Positions 11,101 to 32,090 of a DNA stretch of 34,886 nt are shown piece by piece; within the stretch, counting starts at the first letter, position 1; every line of letters starts with the position of its first letter. Origin of the DNA: Octopus bimaculoides (taxonomy: Eukaryota); NCBI RefSeq assembly GCF_001194135.2, contig NC_068993.1, forward strand, positions 17,313,629 to 17,348,514. The letters run 5' to 3'. Position numbers and translations under genes: made by a program. The notes beneath the pieces are model-generated. The model searched no databases, was not told the DNA's origin, and saw only the letters and a program-made list of their open reading frames with translations.

Positions 11101-11624
11101 CTGACCAAAAGAGATAAAAGATATATATGCTAATGAAAAAATTAATAAAGCTAATTTTATCGAATAAAACTCATTTTGGCTTTTTTTTTTATTGTGCAGG
11201 GTGTGAAAAAGACATAACAGAAGCAATTAAATATGAGACCAAAGGATGTGATTATGATTACATTCCTGCATGTTACCAGACAGGAATCTTAAGTCTAAGT
11301 AAAGGACATCAGAATATTCCAAATGCCGTAACCTATCTCACCAAAGCTTGCTCAAATAATCACCCTCTTGCATGTTTTAATCTCAGCGCACTTTATATGC
11401 GAGACCAGACTGAATTAAAGAAAGATATGAAAAAAGCTTTTGAATTAGCATTAAAAGGCTGTGAACTTGGACATCTTTATTCTTGTGTGAATCTTAGCAT
11501 TATGTATCGGCGTGGTGATGGTGTGGATCAGAATTCTGAATTAGCTGATAAATATAAGAAAAAAGCCCAGTCAATGAGAGATGAGCTAGTCAAATCAGAA
11601 CAGACTATTCGAATGAATGAGTGA
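3446..11624 (+). CDS. COA7: Cytochrome c oxidase assembly factor 7 (Sel1-repeat protein); join(3446..3545,9940..10080,11200..11624), 666 nt, 221 aa
   Basis: Spliced translation MNYDLKDEEQAKAYLERVGVEYRFQCFHEKSPEGCHRLADYFESVKKENERAAKMYKSTCDDYHYGHSCYKYG...ACFNLSALY...GCELGHLYSCVNLSIMYRRGDGVDQN... matches the COA7/SELRC1 family as I recall it (human [54 protein letters not shown]). Five CX7-8C pairs (C26/35, 60/69, 97/105, 131/139, 168/176). Both introns are GT-AG and phase 1, and the frame closes on TGA. Confidence 0.96.
5119..5530 (+). mobile_element. SINE family E (tRNA-like head, (GAT)n tail), diverged
   Basis: Shares head and body (gatagttgtaaacgagc..ggaaacaggtaagggttg) with 9349-9760 and 12921-13535. 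Confidence 0.65.
5541..5845 (-). mobile_element. Family A copy, minus strand
   Basis: (CAT)n followed by the reverse complement of the family A body. Confidence 0.85.
6589..6909 (+). mobile_element. tRNA-headed SINE family D with 9-bp target-site duplication
   Basis: A-box tggctcagtgg; homologous to 10614-10915; flanked by ctatagatt at 6580-6588 and 6910-6918. Confidence 0.8.
7107..7350. mobile_element. hAT-type MITE
   Basis: TIRs cgtggttctcaacc / ggttgaaaaccgctg; 8-bp flanks ttctaaaa / ttgtaaag (6/8); same family as 14790-14929 in the opposite orientation. Confidence 0.7.
7400..7900 (-). mobile_element. Possible decayed CR1/L2-type LINE 3' region
   Basis: Minus-strand peptide ALQFLAHTKSVSSL...RSTTRKFA loosely resembles the CR1 ORF2 C-terminus (cf. 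13570-14300); weak. Confidence 0.3.
7930..8219. mobile_element. piggyBac-like MITE (TTAA-flanked)
   Basis: TTAA|cccattacctccca ... tggtaggtaatgtg|TTAA. Confidence 0.7.
8229..8429 (-). repeat. Inverted duplicate of 9596-9793 (family E 3' half plus flank)
   Basis: About 89% identity by eye, including a 48-bp identical block and ~40 bp beyond the SINE tail. Confidence 0.9.
8885..9063 (-). mobile_element. SINE family B 3' part
   Basis: Reverse complement of the family B tail (gcggtgctccagcatggccgcaatcaaatgactgaagcaagtaaaagag). Confidence 0.75.
9349..9760 (+). mobile_element. SINE family E
   Basis: tRNA-like head tgtgtggttaaggagcttgctccccaacc..gttcagtcc; body shared with 5119 and 12921. Confidence 0.75.
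9940..10080 (+). CDS. COA7: COA7 exon 2 (141 nt)
   Basis: Pyrimidine tract tctttcttccttattgtAG|G; encodes (G)CHRLADYF...NYRTVGQ; donor AAG|GTAGGT. Confidence 0.95.
10483..11121 (+). mobile_element. SINE family B with a nested family D copy (10614-10915), in COA7 intron 2
   Basis: The family B head stops at gaaagaagcc (10613) and resumes at the (TG)n stretch (~10916); the insert is homologous to 6589-6909. Confidence 0.8.
11200..11624 (+). CDS. COA7: COA7 exon 3 (coding part, 425 nt)
   Basis: Acceptor ttttttttttattgtgcAG|GG; Sel1-like repeats; TGA at 11622-11624. Confidence 0.96.
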
Positions 11625-11751
11625 TAATGCTCCATCTAGTTTAATATTTGGTACTCTAGGAAAAGAATGATCTCACCTGCTGTTTTGTCTTCTTGTGCGA
11701 ATTTCGACTTCTTTTTCACTTCACAAAATATCTATTCTTAATTTGTTTGTA

Positions 11752-11757
11752 AATAAA
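11752..11757 (+). promoter_or_regulatory. Probable COA7 polyadenylation signal
   Basis: AATAAA ~130 nt after the stop, followed by T/GT-rich sequence. Confidence 0.5.
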
Positions 11758-11882
11758 TTTTGAAACTAGATTTTACAAAAAGAAATTTCTTATTGTTTAA
11801 CTTTTTGTGTATATGTGTGTCATCATCATCATCATTTAATATCTGTTGTCCATGCTGGCATGAGCTGGACAGTGTATATATA

Positions 11883-12365
11883 TCAGGTCATCAAGTATGA
11901 AATTTGTAGTAAGGTATATGGTGAACTTTGAAAGCTGCTCATTTTGTGCCATTATCATATTTTGACAATCTTTATTTTTTGTTAGAAAGCTGACACATCT
12001 ATTTCTTTTTTCTAACTCATTTTGCACTTTATAAAGTATTTATAAATTGTTTTTTGCTGTTTTTGTTTAGAGATGGATAAGTGGGAAATCTACAGTTTTG
12101 AAATTTGAGTTCTTTCTTGGAAATACAGCATCACAGACAGCTCGGAATATTAATGGAGTATTTTATTCCAATGTTATTACACAGCAGACAGTATCAAATT
12201 GGTTTGCAAAATTTCGTTCTGGTAACTTTGACCTCACAAATGAGCAATGCTGTCAACCAGAAACAAAGGTGGCAGATGAACTGAAAGCCACTGTCGAGTC
12301 AGATCCATCTCAAAGGGCCTGTGAATTATTGTTGTTTGGTGTTTGCAAGTAAACAATATTGATTT
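11883..12365 (+). mobile_element. Mariner transposon 5' remnant (transposase HTH region, frameshifted)
   Basis: FEFFLGNTASQTARNINGVF..TVSNWFAKFRSGNFDLTNE..DELKATVESDP resembles the mariner/SETMAR N-terminus; TA|tcaggtc.. TIR-like start at 11883 (less certain). Confidence 0.8.
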
Positions 12366-12431
12366 GTAGAATCTCTCATTTTCAAATTGTTTGTAGTATT
12401 TTATTCTGAGAGATATAAGTACTTGATTGGC

Positions 12432-12689
12432 TCTTGTGCGGGTGGCACATAAAATACACCATTTTGAGCGTGGCCGTTGCCAGTACCGCCTGACTGGCCT
12501 TCGTGCGGGTGACACGTAAAAGCACCCACTACACTCTCTGAGTGGTTGGCGTTAGAAAGGGCATTCAGCTGTAGAAACTCTGCCAAATCAGATTGGAGCC
12601 TGGTGTTGCCATCCGGTTTCACCAGTCCTCAGTCAAATCGTCCAACCCATGCTAGCATGGAAAGCGGACGTTAAACGATGATGATGATG
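12432..12689 (+). mobile_element. Family A copy, young
   Basis: Only about 3 differences from 1-234 over the final ~190 bp; (GAT)4 tail. Confidence 0.88.
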
Positions 12690-12920
12690 TTACAATACTA
12701 TGATTTTTGTATTGTTTCCTTGCAAAGTCAGTGTAAACAGTGATTCGTTCCTTCCTGTTGTAATCAGGTATAGCTTGATTGTCACTGAGTGTTTCACTAA
12801 TTTGCAATATTTGTAGACTTGAAATATTTTGTGTGATCTTTGCGGGCCCTTGTTAAATCTTAATGTTTTGCTATTTTTTAAAATGTTTCCTTGAAGCATC
12901 TGTAAATATTTTACAATGAA

Positions 12921-13535
12921 AGGCTGTGCTAAAGAAGTTTGCTTTCTTATCACATGGTTTCAGGTTCAATCTCTGCATGACACCTTGGGCAAGTGATTTC
13001 TACTATAGCCCTGTGCTGACCAAAGCCTTGCAAGTTGGAAACTGAAAGATGCCTGTTATATGAATGTATGTTAGTGTCATCTTGTCTTGACAGTGCATGA
13101 TAGTTGTAAACAAATGTCAGTGGCATTTGTTTCCAATCTGCATGAAAATATTACTTTACTTACAGATAAGGATTAGCAACAGGAAGGGCATCCAGTTACA
13201 GAAAATCTTCCTCAATTAACTCCATCTAGTGGAGGCACGTGGCTTAGTGGTTAGAGTGTTGGACTCATGATCATAAGATTGTGGTTTCGATTCCTGGTTC
13301 GGGTAATGTGTTCTTGAGCAAGACACTTCATTTCACGTTACTTCAGTCCACTCAGCTGGTAAAAACAAGTAATCTTGCAACAGATCAGCATCCAGTCCAA
13401 GTGGGGAATATATGTCATGAAACCGGCCCTTATGAGTCAGTGTGACATGAGAAGGTAACCGTTACCATTTTTTTTTCACCTAATTTCATCAGATGCATGC
13501 AAGCATGAGAAAGTTGATATAAGAATATTCATGAT
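12921..13535 (+). mobile_element. SINE family E interrupted by a D-like tRNA SINE (13231-13476)
   Basis: The E body ends aactccatc (13226) and resumes aatttcatcagatgcatgcaagcatg (13482). The insert has A-box tggcttagtgg, B-box-like gtttcgattcc, and the ttcttgagcaagacactt core. Confidence 0.7.
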
Positions 13536-13569
13536 GTGTGTGTATTCTGGTGTCTTATTTTAGTGAGTT

Positions 13570-14300
13570 ACTAGGGGTTTTTGCAATGGTTTGGGCTGCA
13601 GGAAGGAATTATACCAGTGGCTTTCACAAGCTCTTCAAGTCCAAGAGATCAATACAGTTGATATTCCTTTTGAAGAGTTGTATGGATGGAATTCCAGAAT
13701 GACAATGTTCTTGGGAGAAAGGACTGGATAAATTAGTGGTGGGCTACACTACAGTTCATGAAAGGTCAAACTATTGAATTGAATGATCTTAAAAGGTGGT
13801 AGTACAAGACCAGCCAGCTTTGGGGACTAGAAACCATTGTAGTTGCAGTAGAAAAGACAATATGGAGACACCATGACTATGGGCCAAAGGCTGGAGTGTA
13901 TTGCAAGTACCTTCATACCAATTGAACCTTTGCCTGTCTAAAGCCATTTTCATAAGTTTGTTCTAAACGTCCATGCTTATTTTCATACTTTTAGCTAGCT
14001 CTTGTTTCATATGTTCTGGATAATACCAAAGTTCTCCTTTCCTAAGTCCCAAGTTACTGTGGTGGTTGAAAAAAATTGGGAATGTTTACCATATATGATG
14101 CTTAGAGGCCAATGAAGTGTCTTGTGTCATATGATACATGGGATAGGCAAAAGGGTCACCCTTGAATTTTGTTAGGGGTAACTGTAGGAGGCTGAAGTAT
14201 TTCCTGATATTGAAGAGGAAAATCTGTCTTTGTGATGTAGTCTTGGCCAGTAACAAAGCGCTAGAGGGAGTAGGGCATGTAGTACTTTTACGGAGGCAGC
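13570..14300 (-). mobile_element. Decayed CR1/L2-group LINE, ORF2 C-terminal region
   Basis: Minus-strand peptides AKTTSQRQIFLFNIRKYFS, LQPLAHSHGVSILS, FYCNYNGF*SPKLAGLV and FIQSFLPRTLSFWNSI, interrupted by stops and frameshifts. Confidence 0.7.
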
Positions 14301-14560
14301 ATAAAGGTCTCCTGTGTAAATTTGTACAGGATTGGTGGTGGCCTGAGGTGAAGTGGGGGTGGGGTGGTAAACTCAAGGGCTGCTCCAGGCAGCACACACT
14401 CTAGCTATGCTACCAGTCTTTGTTATGTTGAAGATGTGATATGACCAGGAAAGATGTCAGTGAGGACGAGACAAAGTATTTGTAATAACTATGAGAGTTC
14501 TAGTTTTGAGTTGTTCATGTTTGGGCAAGTAACTGTTATTTCCTTTTGCAATATTATTAT

Positions 14561-14765
14561 CCCTTTAACACTCAGATTACTCAGTCAAATGTAATGCTTA
14601 ATTCATTCATGTTGCTTTGAAGTAATCAAGTATTATCTCATAGCTTTGGAATTTCAATGACGTGGTTGTTTTTTGAACAAAATCGAGAGGTTTGACATGG
14701 CTGGTTTCAACACAAAACTGGTAGAATATTTGGGCCAGATATGATCAATTTAAATGCTAAAGGGG
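14561..14765. mobile_element. piggyBac-like MITE
   Basis: ttat|cccttta ... taaagggg|TTAA; homologous to 27092-27311. Confidence 0.7.
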
Positions 14766-14789
14766 TTAACAGACATCTTTTATTTAGAG

Positions 14790-14929
14790 CAGTGGTTCTC
14801 AACCATTTTTTGACCTCGTATTTTATTTGGGTGGATTCCCGTAGCCATTTGATGTTTTAAAACATCTTGTTTTATTGCACATAAATTTTAACTGAAAAAT
14901 CTTATATGGACCCTGGTTGAAAACCACTG
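14790..14929. mobile_element. hAT-type MITE with perfect 8-bp target-site duplication
   Basis: TIRs cagtggttctcaacc / ggttgaaaaccactg; atttagag at 14782-14789 and 14930-14937. Confidence 0.9.
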
Positions 14930-15149
14930 ATTTAGAGCTTTAAGGTGTGACTGTGTGGCCGAGGGACTTGCTTCCCAATCATGTGGTCTTAGGTTCAATT
15001 CCATTGTGTGGTACCTTGAGTGTCTTCTACTATAAACCTGGGTTGACTAAAAGCCTTGTGCATTTGGTAGGTGGAAACTAATTATATATATATATATATA
15101 TTTAATTAAACACAAAAAACACACACACACACACACATGAACAAATAAA

Positions 15150-15421
15150 TAAATAAAAACAAATACAAACGAACACGTATTAACAGAGTATATAGGTGAT
15201 ACAGACACTCCCCATACACACATGCACCTACAAGACACAGACACATTGAAAGACATGCATGCGTAGACACATACAATAGGAATACAAAATGGCTGATATT
15301 TAGCAAGGTGAGACACACATAAGAAGGAAGGAAACAAAGGACCACTGATGAGGTCACAGAAGTGTGACGAAAGAACTCTGGCCGAAATAAGATTAATGTA
15401 ATATAAAGCTGAAGCAAATTA
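15150..15421 (+). mobile_element. Probable Penelope-like element terminal fragment carrying the hammerhead at 15339; runs into a gap
   Basis: Inferred from the minimal hammerhead type; no ORF visible; left boundary uncertain. Confidence 0.45.
15339..15383 (+). ncRNA. Minimal type I hammerhead ribozyme candidate (Penelope-associated type)
   Basis: GGACCA-CUGAUGA-G-GUCACA(GAAG)UGUGAC-GAAA-G(AA)C-UC-UGGCC: intact core, 6-bp stem II, 2-bp stem III, CUC cleavage triplet, stem I with one bulged A. Confidence 0.72.
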
Positions 15422-15683
15422 NNNNNNNNNNNNNNNNNNNNNNNNNNNNNNNNNNNNNNNNNNNNNNNNNNNNNNNNNNNNNNNNNNNNNNNNNNNNNNN
15501 NNNNNNNNNNNNNNNNNNNNNNNNNNNNNNNNNNNNNNNNNNNNNNNNNNNNNNNNNNNNNNNNNNNNNNATATATATATATATATATAGTAGAAAAAGA
15601 AAGTCCTTGGTACAGTTCTATATATTTTTTAAAAATTAATACGAGTGACTTTCCTGATATTTTTCCCACTTTAATGATTTGAT

Positions 15684-16129
15684 CAGTGATTCCCAATATG
15701 GGGCATATTCCCCACTAGTGGGGCCAGGGAAAACAGTGGTTGGCATGTAGGATCCAAAATTCTTTTACCTTTTTATTTTTTTTAAGTGGGACATGGATTT
15801 GTGAAAATCTTTTCACAGCAAATATACTACACCCATACACAGCCTGGCCAAACCAATCCCACCAACCAAACATACTGTGTGAAGGTTGTTTGCTACAGTA
15901 TAGGGATATTCTAATACCCTGGTGTAGATACCTCTTTAAGGAAGGTACTTAATTATGAGAAGTCAATACTCAGTACCTAAAAGAATTACTGGTAGATTCT
16001 TTTGTATAAAATAATTGTGATAGAATATTAAAAATAAAGTTGTTTTTTTTTTTCCAACCATTAGTGGGGCATGTATTTTTTTTGGAAAGTTATAGTGGAG
16101 CCTGGGGAAAAATAAGTTGAAAAACACTG
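15684..16129. mobile_element. hAT-type MITE
   Basis: TIRs cagtgattcccaa / ttgaaaaacactg; 8-bp flanks gatttgat / gattagat (7/8). Confidence 0.8.
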
Positions 16130-16139
16130 GATTAGATAC

Positions 16140-16329
16140 AGTATTTACAATTGACGGATATTTGTTCTCATCTTGTTTGTCGTTAACACGTTCCGGCTGA
16201 TATACCATCCAGCCTTCATCAGGTGTCTTGGGGAAAGTTCGAACCTGGGTTCTCGGTTGTTGTTTCGAGTTGAACTTGGAATCTTGGGGTTAGTAGCCCA
16301 TGCCCTTAACCACTATGCCATATGCCCAC
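16140..16329 (-). mobile_element. tRNA-headed SINE whose 3' half carries a hammerhead-like core
   Basis: A-box TGGCATAGTGG (16320-16310), B-box GTTCAACTC (16275-16267), then the hammerhead relic at 16227-16185. Confidence 0.7.
16185..16227 (-). ncRNA. Degenerate hammerhead ribozyme core
   Basis: Minus strand GACAC-CUGAUGA-A-GGCUG(10 nt)CAGCC-GGAA-C-GUGUU. Stems I and II are recognisable, but GAAA is altered to GGAA and there is no room for an NUH triplet. Confidence 0.55.
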
Positions 16330-17556
16330 GGGCAATTATGGAGTGAATTTTAGATGCTTACAAATCCTATTGTGTGTGTTTCCTTCTCTTTATTCTGCCT
16401 CCTTTCTTTTTGTATTTAATACTTTATATGGGTATGTGCTTGTGTGTTTTTACTTAAACTACACAGAAATATAGATGTCACTGTGACCTGACACTAAGAT
16501 GACCAGCTGAAAGAAAGACAGGTTATTTTTCTATTCAGGATGTATTATTTTTATTTTCCAAAATACAAAATTCATTTCATAAAATAACGCATACCCTATT
16601 TTTTCCTCTTATTTTTATTTTGACCTATCTNNNNNNNNNNNNNNNNNNNNNNNNNNNNNNNNNNNNNNNNNNNNNNNNNNNNNNNNNNNNNNNNNNNNNN
16701 NNNNNNNNNNNNNNNNNNNNNNNNNNNNNNNNNNNNNNNNNNNNNNNNNNNNNNNNNNNNNNNNNNNNNNNNNNNNNNNNNNNNNNNNNNNNNNNNNNNN
16801 NNNNNNNNNNNNNNNNNNNNNNNNNNNNNNNNNNNNNNNNNNNNNNNNNNNNNNNNNNNNNNNNNNNNNNNNNNNNNNNNNNNNNNNNNNNNNNNNNNNN
16901 NNNNNNNNNNNNNNNNNNNNNNNNNNNNNNNNNNNNNNNNNNNNNNNNNNNNNNNNNNNNNNNNNNNNNNNNNNNNNNNNNNNNNNNNNNNNNNNNNNNN
17001 NNNNNNNNNNNNNNNNNNNNNNNNNNNNNNNNNNNNNNNNNNNNNNNNNNNNNNNNNNNNNNNNNNNNNNNNNNNNNNNNNNNNNNNNNNNNNNNNNNNN
17101 NNNNNNNNNNNNNNNNNNNNNNNNNNNNNNNNNNNNNNNNNNNNNNNNNNNNNNNNNNNNNNNNNNNNNNNNNNNNNNNNNNNNNNNNNNNNNNNNNNNN
17201 NNNNNNNNNNNNNNNNNNNNNNNNNNNNNNNNNNNNNNNNNNNNNNNNNNNNNNNNNNNNNNNNNNNNNNNNNNNNNNNNNNNNNNNNNNNNNNNNNNNN
17301 NNNNNNNNNNNNNNNNNNNNNNNNNNNNNNNNNNNNNNNNNNNNNNNNNNNNNNNNNNNNNNNNNNNNNNNNNNNNNNNNNNNNNNNNNNNNNNNNNNNN
17401 NNNNNNNNNNNNNNNNNNNNNNNNNNNNNNNNNNNNNNNNNNNNNNNNNNNNNNNNNNNNNNNNNNNNNNNNNNNNNNNNNNNNNNNNNNNNNNNNNNNN
17501 NNNNNNNNNNNNNNNNNNNNNNNNNNNNNNNNNNNNNNNNNNNNNNNNNNNNNNNN

Positions 17557-17872
17557 TATTGAGCGAAACCACCTAAAAGCTCCACGAGGCTCCAGCAGGA
17601 GATGGTGGCGAACCCTGCTGTACTCTTCCACCACAACTTTCTCTTACTCTTACTTCCTGTTTCTGTTGTGCCCGTAATTCAAAGGGTCAGCCTTGTCACA
17701 CTGTGTCACGCTGAATATCCCCAAGAACTACGTTAAAGGTACACGTGTCTGTGGAGTGCTCAGCCACTTGCACGTTAATTTCACGAGCAGGCTGTTCCGT
17801 TGATCGGATCAACTGGAATCCTCGACGTCGTAAGCGACGGAGTGCCAACAAACAAATACACAGTGAGCTTTG
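17557..17872 (+). mobile_element. CpG-rich interspersed repeat (SINE-like 3' part), 5' end lost in a gap
   Basis: GC/CpG-rich block with a subterminal hairpin cgtcg-taag-cgacg and a (caa)-like tail; recognised from memory as a common repeat, not verified. Confidence 0.5.
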
Positions 17873-19297
17873 ACACAATTCCACGTACAAAATTCTGGTC
17901 ACAAGATATGTTAACCTAAGGTCATTGCAGAAGACACTTGTCCAAGATGCAATACAGTGGGATTGCATGTAGAACCACAATGTTATGAAACAAACTTTTT
18001 AAACACACACCCATATCGTCATCTTAAATGAATTCTAACTCATTTCAATATAAGACAAACACTATTTATGTTTCACATAAGTTTAATGAGGGACAAAAGG
18101 AAATATATACATTGTCATCTTTTTGCTATAAATAATAAAGACTTTTTTTTTTCTCTTTTATAATGGACGTATTGGAAATGATGCAGAGCAATGTAAATAC
18201 TTTAAGCCAGAAGTAGATGTGTTTTAGCCTAATTGGATCGATTGTTTTTAATGAGATGTTGCTACCTTACCAGTCAAAAACTTTGAAGTTCTGAACTTAT
18301 TTGTAAAGTTACTGTTTACTATGCCAAAGACCACTTTTTTCATTAATAATTACAAGATTTTAGAAATTTTATGTATGAATAAAATTTATCTTGGATTCTC
18401 TTTTCCTGATTTTTCTATTTGACAATCATAGTTTTAACCTAAAGGGATTAACAAAATATTTTCTGATGGGAAAATTAGAACTACTCTGATTGTAAGGCTT
18501 TACATTTTTCAGTGAAAATATTAAGAGACTATATAAAAGATTATGCTTTAGTGTATAGAAAGTCTTTATAATGAAAATGCTAAAATCTGAAGGAAAAAAA
18601 AAAACTGCTTCATAGCATCAATATATTTTGAATAAAACAAAAACTAGTAAGAAATTGTTAAATATATATGTATATATTTTGTTCATACAATGATTTTATA
18701 TGCTGTAAATACATGAACACATATGAAAAAAGCTGAAATCCATTAAAACAAGGAGCACCCCTACTCGAATTTTTAAATGACTTCATGACCATGTGAACAA
18801 CACCAGTTTGTAAAGTGGTATGTAGCTATAGGAATACCCTTGGTCACCAATACATTATAACCATTAGCAATAGGAATATCATCATTCACCAATACACTAG
18901 TCGGTTTTCCAACAATTATTTTATAACTTTAAGGGAACTCAATGCAATAAAATACTGCAATGTAAATTATCAAATATTTCTAGATGCAAGATAGTGGTAT
19001 CAATAGACAAGGGACACACAATGACAACAGCTATTGTGTGGTTGTTTCTGCACTTGAATAATAAATGTGTATAAACTGCCCAAGTGCCCTGGAAAAGTTA
19101 TGGTTTTATTTTGTTTACCATATATGGGGAAGGGAAAATAAAAAGAAGCAAAAATCAAATATAAAACAAAATGTATATGAAGGAAATGACTGCTATCTAA
19201 AAATAAACAAAAAATTTCGCAGATTTAAATATTGATAAAGATTGATGCATTGCTTCCCTTCAGTTTCAATAAAAACAAATGACGTGTTCATTTCTTT

Positions 19298-30275
<10,978 letters not shown>

Positions 30276-31747
30276 TATCACAGACGACAAAGAAGACTTC
30301 TGGATGAAAGTTTTCAAAAAATATTTGAGACGACCTAAAATGGTTAAAAAAAAAAAAAAACAAAAAAAAACGATGAAGCATTTCTTGGATGACAAGTTGG
30401 CAAATCATTATTCCAATATCTTTGTCTCCCACCACCACCACCACCACTACTACTTGACCATCAGTGTCAGTTTGTTTTCATGCCCTGTTACTTAGCAGTT
30501 CAGCAAAAGACACTGACAGAATGAGTACTGGGATTGATTTGTTCAACTAAAACACTTCAAGCCACAGTCTAATGACTGAAACAAATAAAATAATATCATG
30601 ATATTCTTCAACCCCAAGTCAACCTTAAGGAAAAGAGGCCCTTTGTCAAAGGTATTCCAGCCCTGACGATCCCATCTTCAGGTGCAGCTGGGATTACATG
30701 GTCTAATGTGCTTTTTGATTTTAAGATGGTGGAGTGTGACTTGAGAGAGATTAAATGGCTCCCTTCAAGGAGTGTGAGTGGTTGCACAAAGGTTGGTTCA
30801 CTGCTGTCACATCAGACATTAGTGGAACATGTGTGAATCATAGCTGGCCATGCATCTTTAAAATGGTGCACCATATTCTGTTTTTTTAAATATGTAATGG
30901 CAGTACCACAGCATGACCACTGCCATTGGGTAGGAATACATAATAAAATGTCTTACAGAAATCATTAGAATACCTAAATACTTTATAAAACTACCAGTAT
31001 TAAACATAATTAAAAAGGGTGCATCCATGGCCTTGAGATTATGAAGTTTGTTTTGCAATCATGTTGTTCCAGATCTGAAGCGACTGCATGGCACTTTGAG
31101 CAAGCATCTACTATACCCTCAAGTTTATGCGTGAAATTGGATAGATGTAAATGATGTGGAAGTCAGTCAGAAGAACTGTACTTATTGGATGGTAGACTTA
31201 ATCTATTGTCCAATTTCACACTGCTACCTACACTTTGAACATCTTCAGGAGTTCACTCACAAGTGTTCAGAACAGGTCACTGATCAAAGGTTGCCCCATG
31301 AATAATAGTTTTTATCTATCATTCCCTCAACCTTGGAAGCCCTGTACAAAGGCCACAGGAACACTCCTCCAGATAAACCTCACCATATGCTGATAATTAG
31401 TTCCAAGATATGCAGCCTTAACATGGACCCCCCCCCCCCAAAAAAAAAAAAAACTGACATAACATGAGGAATCATTTTAAAAAAGTTATTAGCTTATGTC
31501 TGTTTTAATAAGAGGTTTGTACATATTTTCGCATGTATTTTATTTGATTTTTTTCACTTCAGTATAGGTTTTTAAGTGCATTTTTTAGGTGTTCCAATGA
31601 CTGGAACAAGTAAAAGACAGAAGATTCATTCCTTAGGCAATTAGGAAGTTGTTGCTTCATTTCATCTAATTTAAATGATTGGACGCATAGCCATTGCAGG
31701 CCCCCTGAGACCAGAGATGTCCACATGAAGAAAAGAGACTACTATAA

Positions 31748-32090
31748 TCATCATCATCTAATGTCCGTTTTCCATGCAGGGGTTGGACGGTTTGAGAAAA
31801 GCTGGCTAGCTAGAGAGTTGTCTATGCCCCAATTGTCTGTTTTGGCATGGTTTCTATGGATGGATGCCCTTCCTAATGCCAACCACTTTACAGTGTGCTG
31901 GGTGCTTTTTATAAGCCATCAGCAGTACTGCAATACACATGGCATGAGTGTATTTCATGCAGCACCAGCACAAATGCATTTTACATGGCACTGGCGCATG
32001 CACATTCTACGTGGCACTGACACCTGTAAGACAAAGTCCTCTCAGCTGAGAGAGAGACTGGGGACATGGCCATAAAGTGCATGCCTGTAT
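31748..32090 (-). mobile_element. Family A-related (GAT)n-tailed element
   Basis: (CAT)n tail; ggatgcccttcctaatgccaaccac core. Confidence 0.7.

Noticed and set aside
11127-11199. ATG at 11127 as the start of a 165-aa single-exon gene
   Set aside because: It lies in intron 2 and reads through the poly-T acceptor; homology starts at 11200.
16255-16329. tRNA-like segments (also ~6085-6150, 6589, 13231) as tRNA genes
   Set aside because: A and B boxes are present but there is no complete cloverleaf or acceptor stem, and they continue into SINE bodies.
30337-30395. ATG at 30395 as the CMPK1 start
   Set aside because: The frame crosses a poly-T acceptor tract (FFCFFFF), so it is intronic. The read-throughs past the donors at 30194 and 27557 are intronic too.
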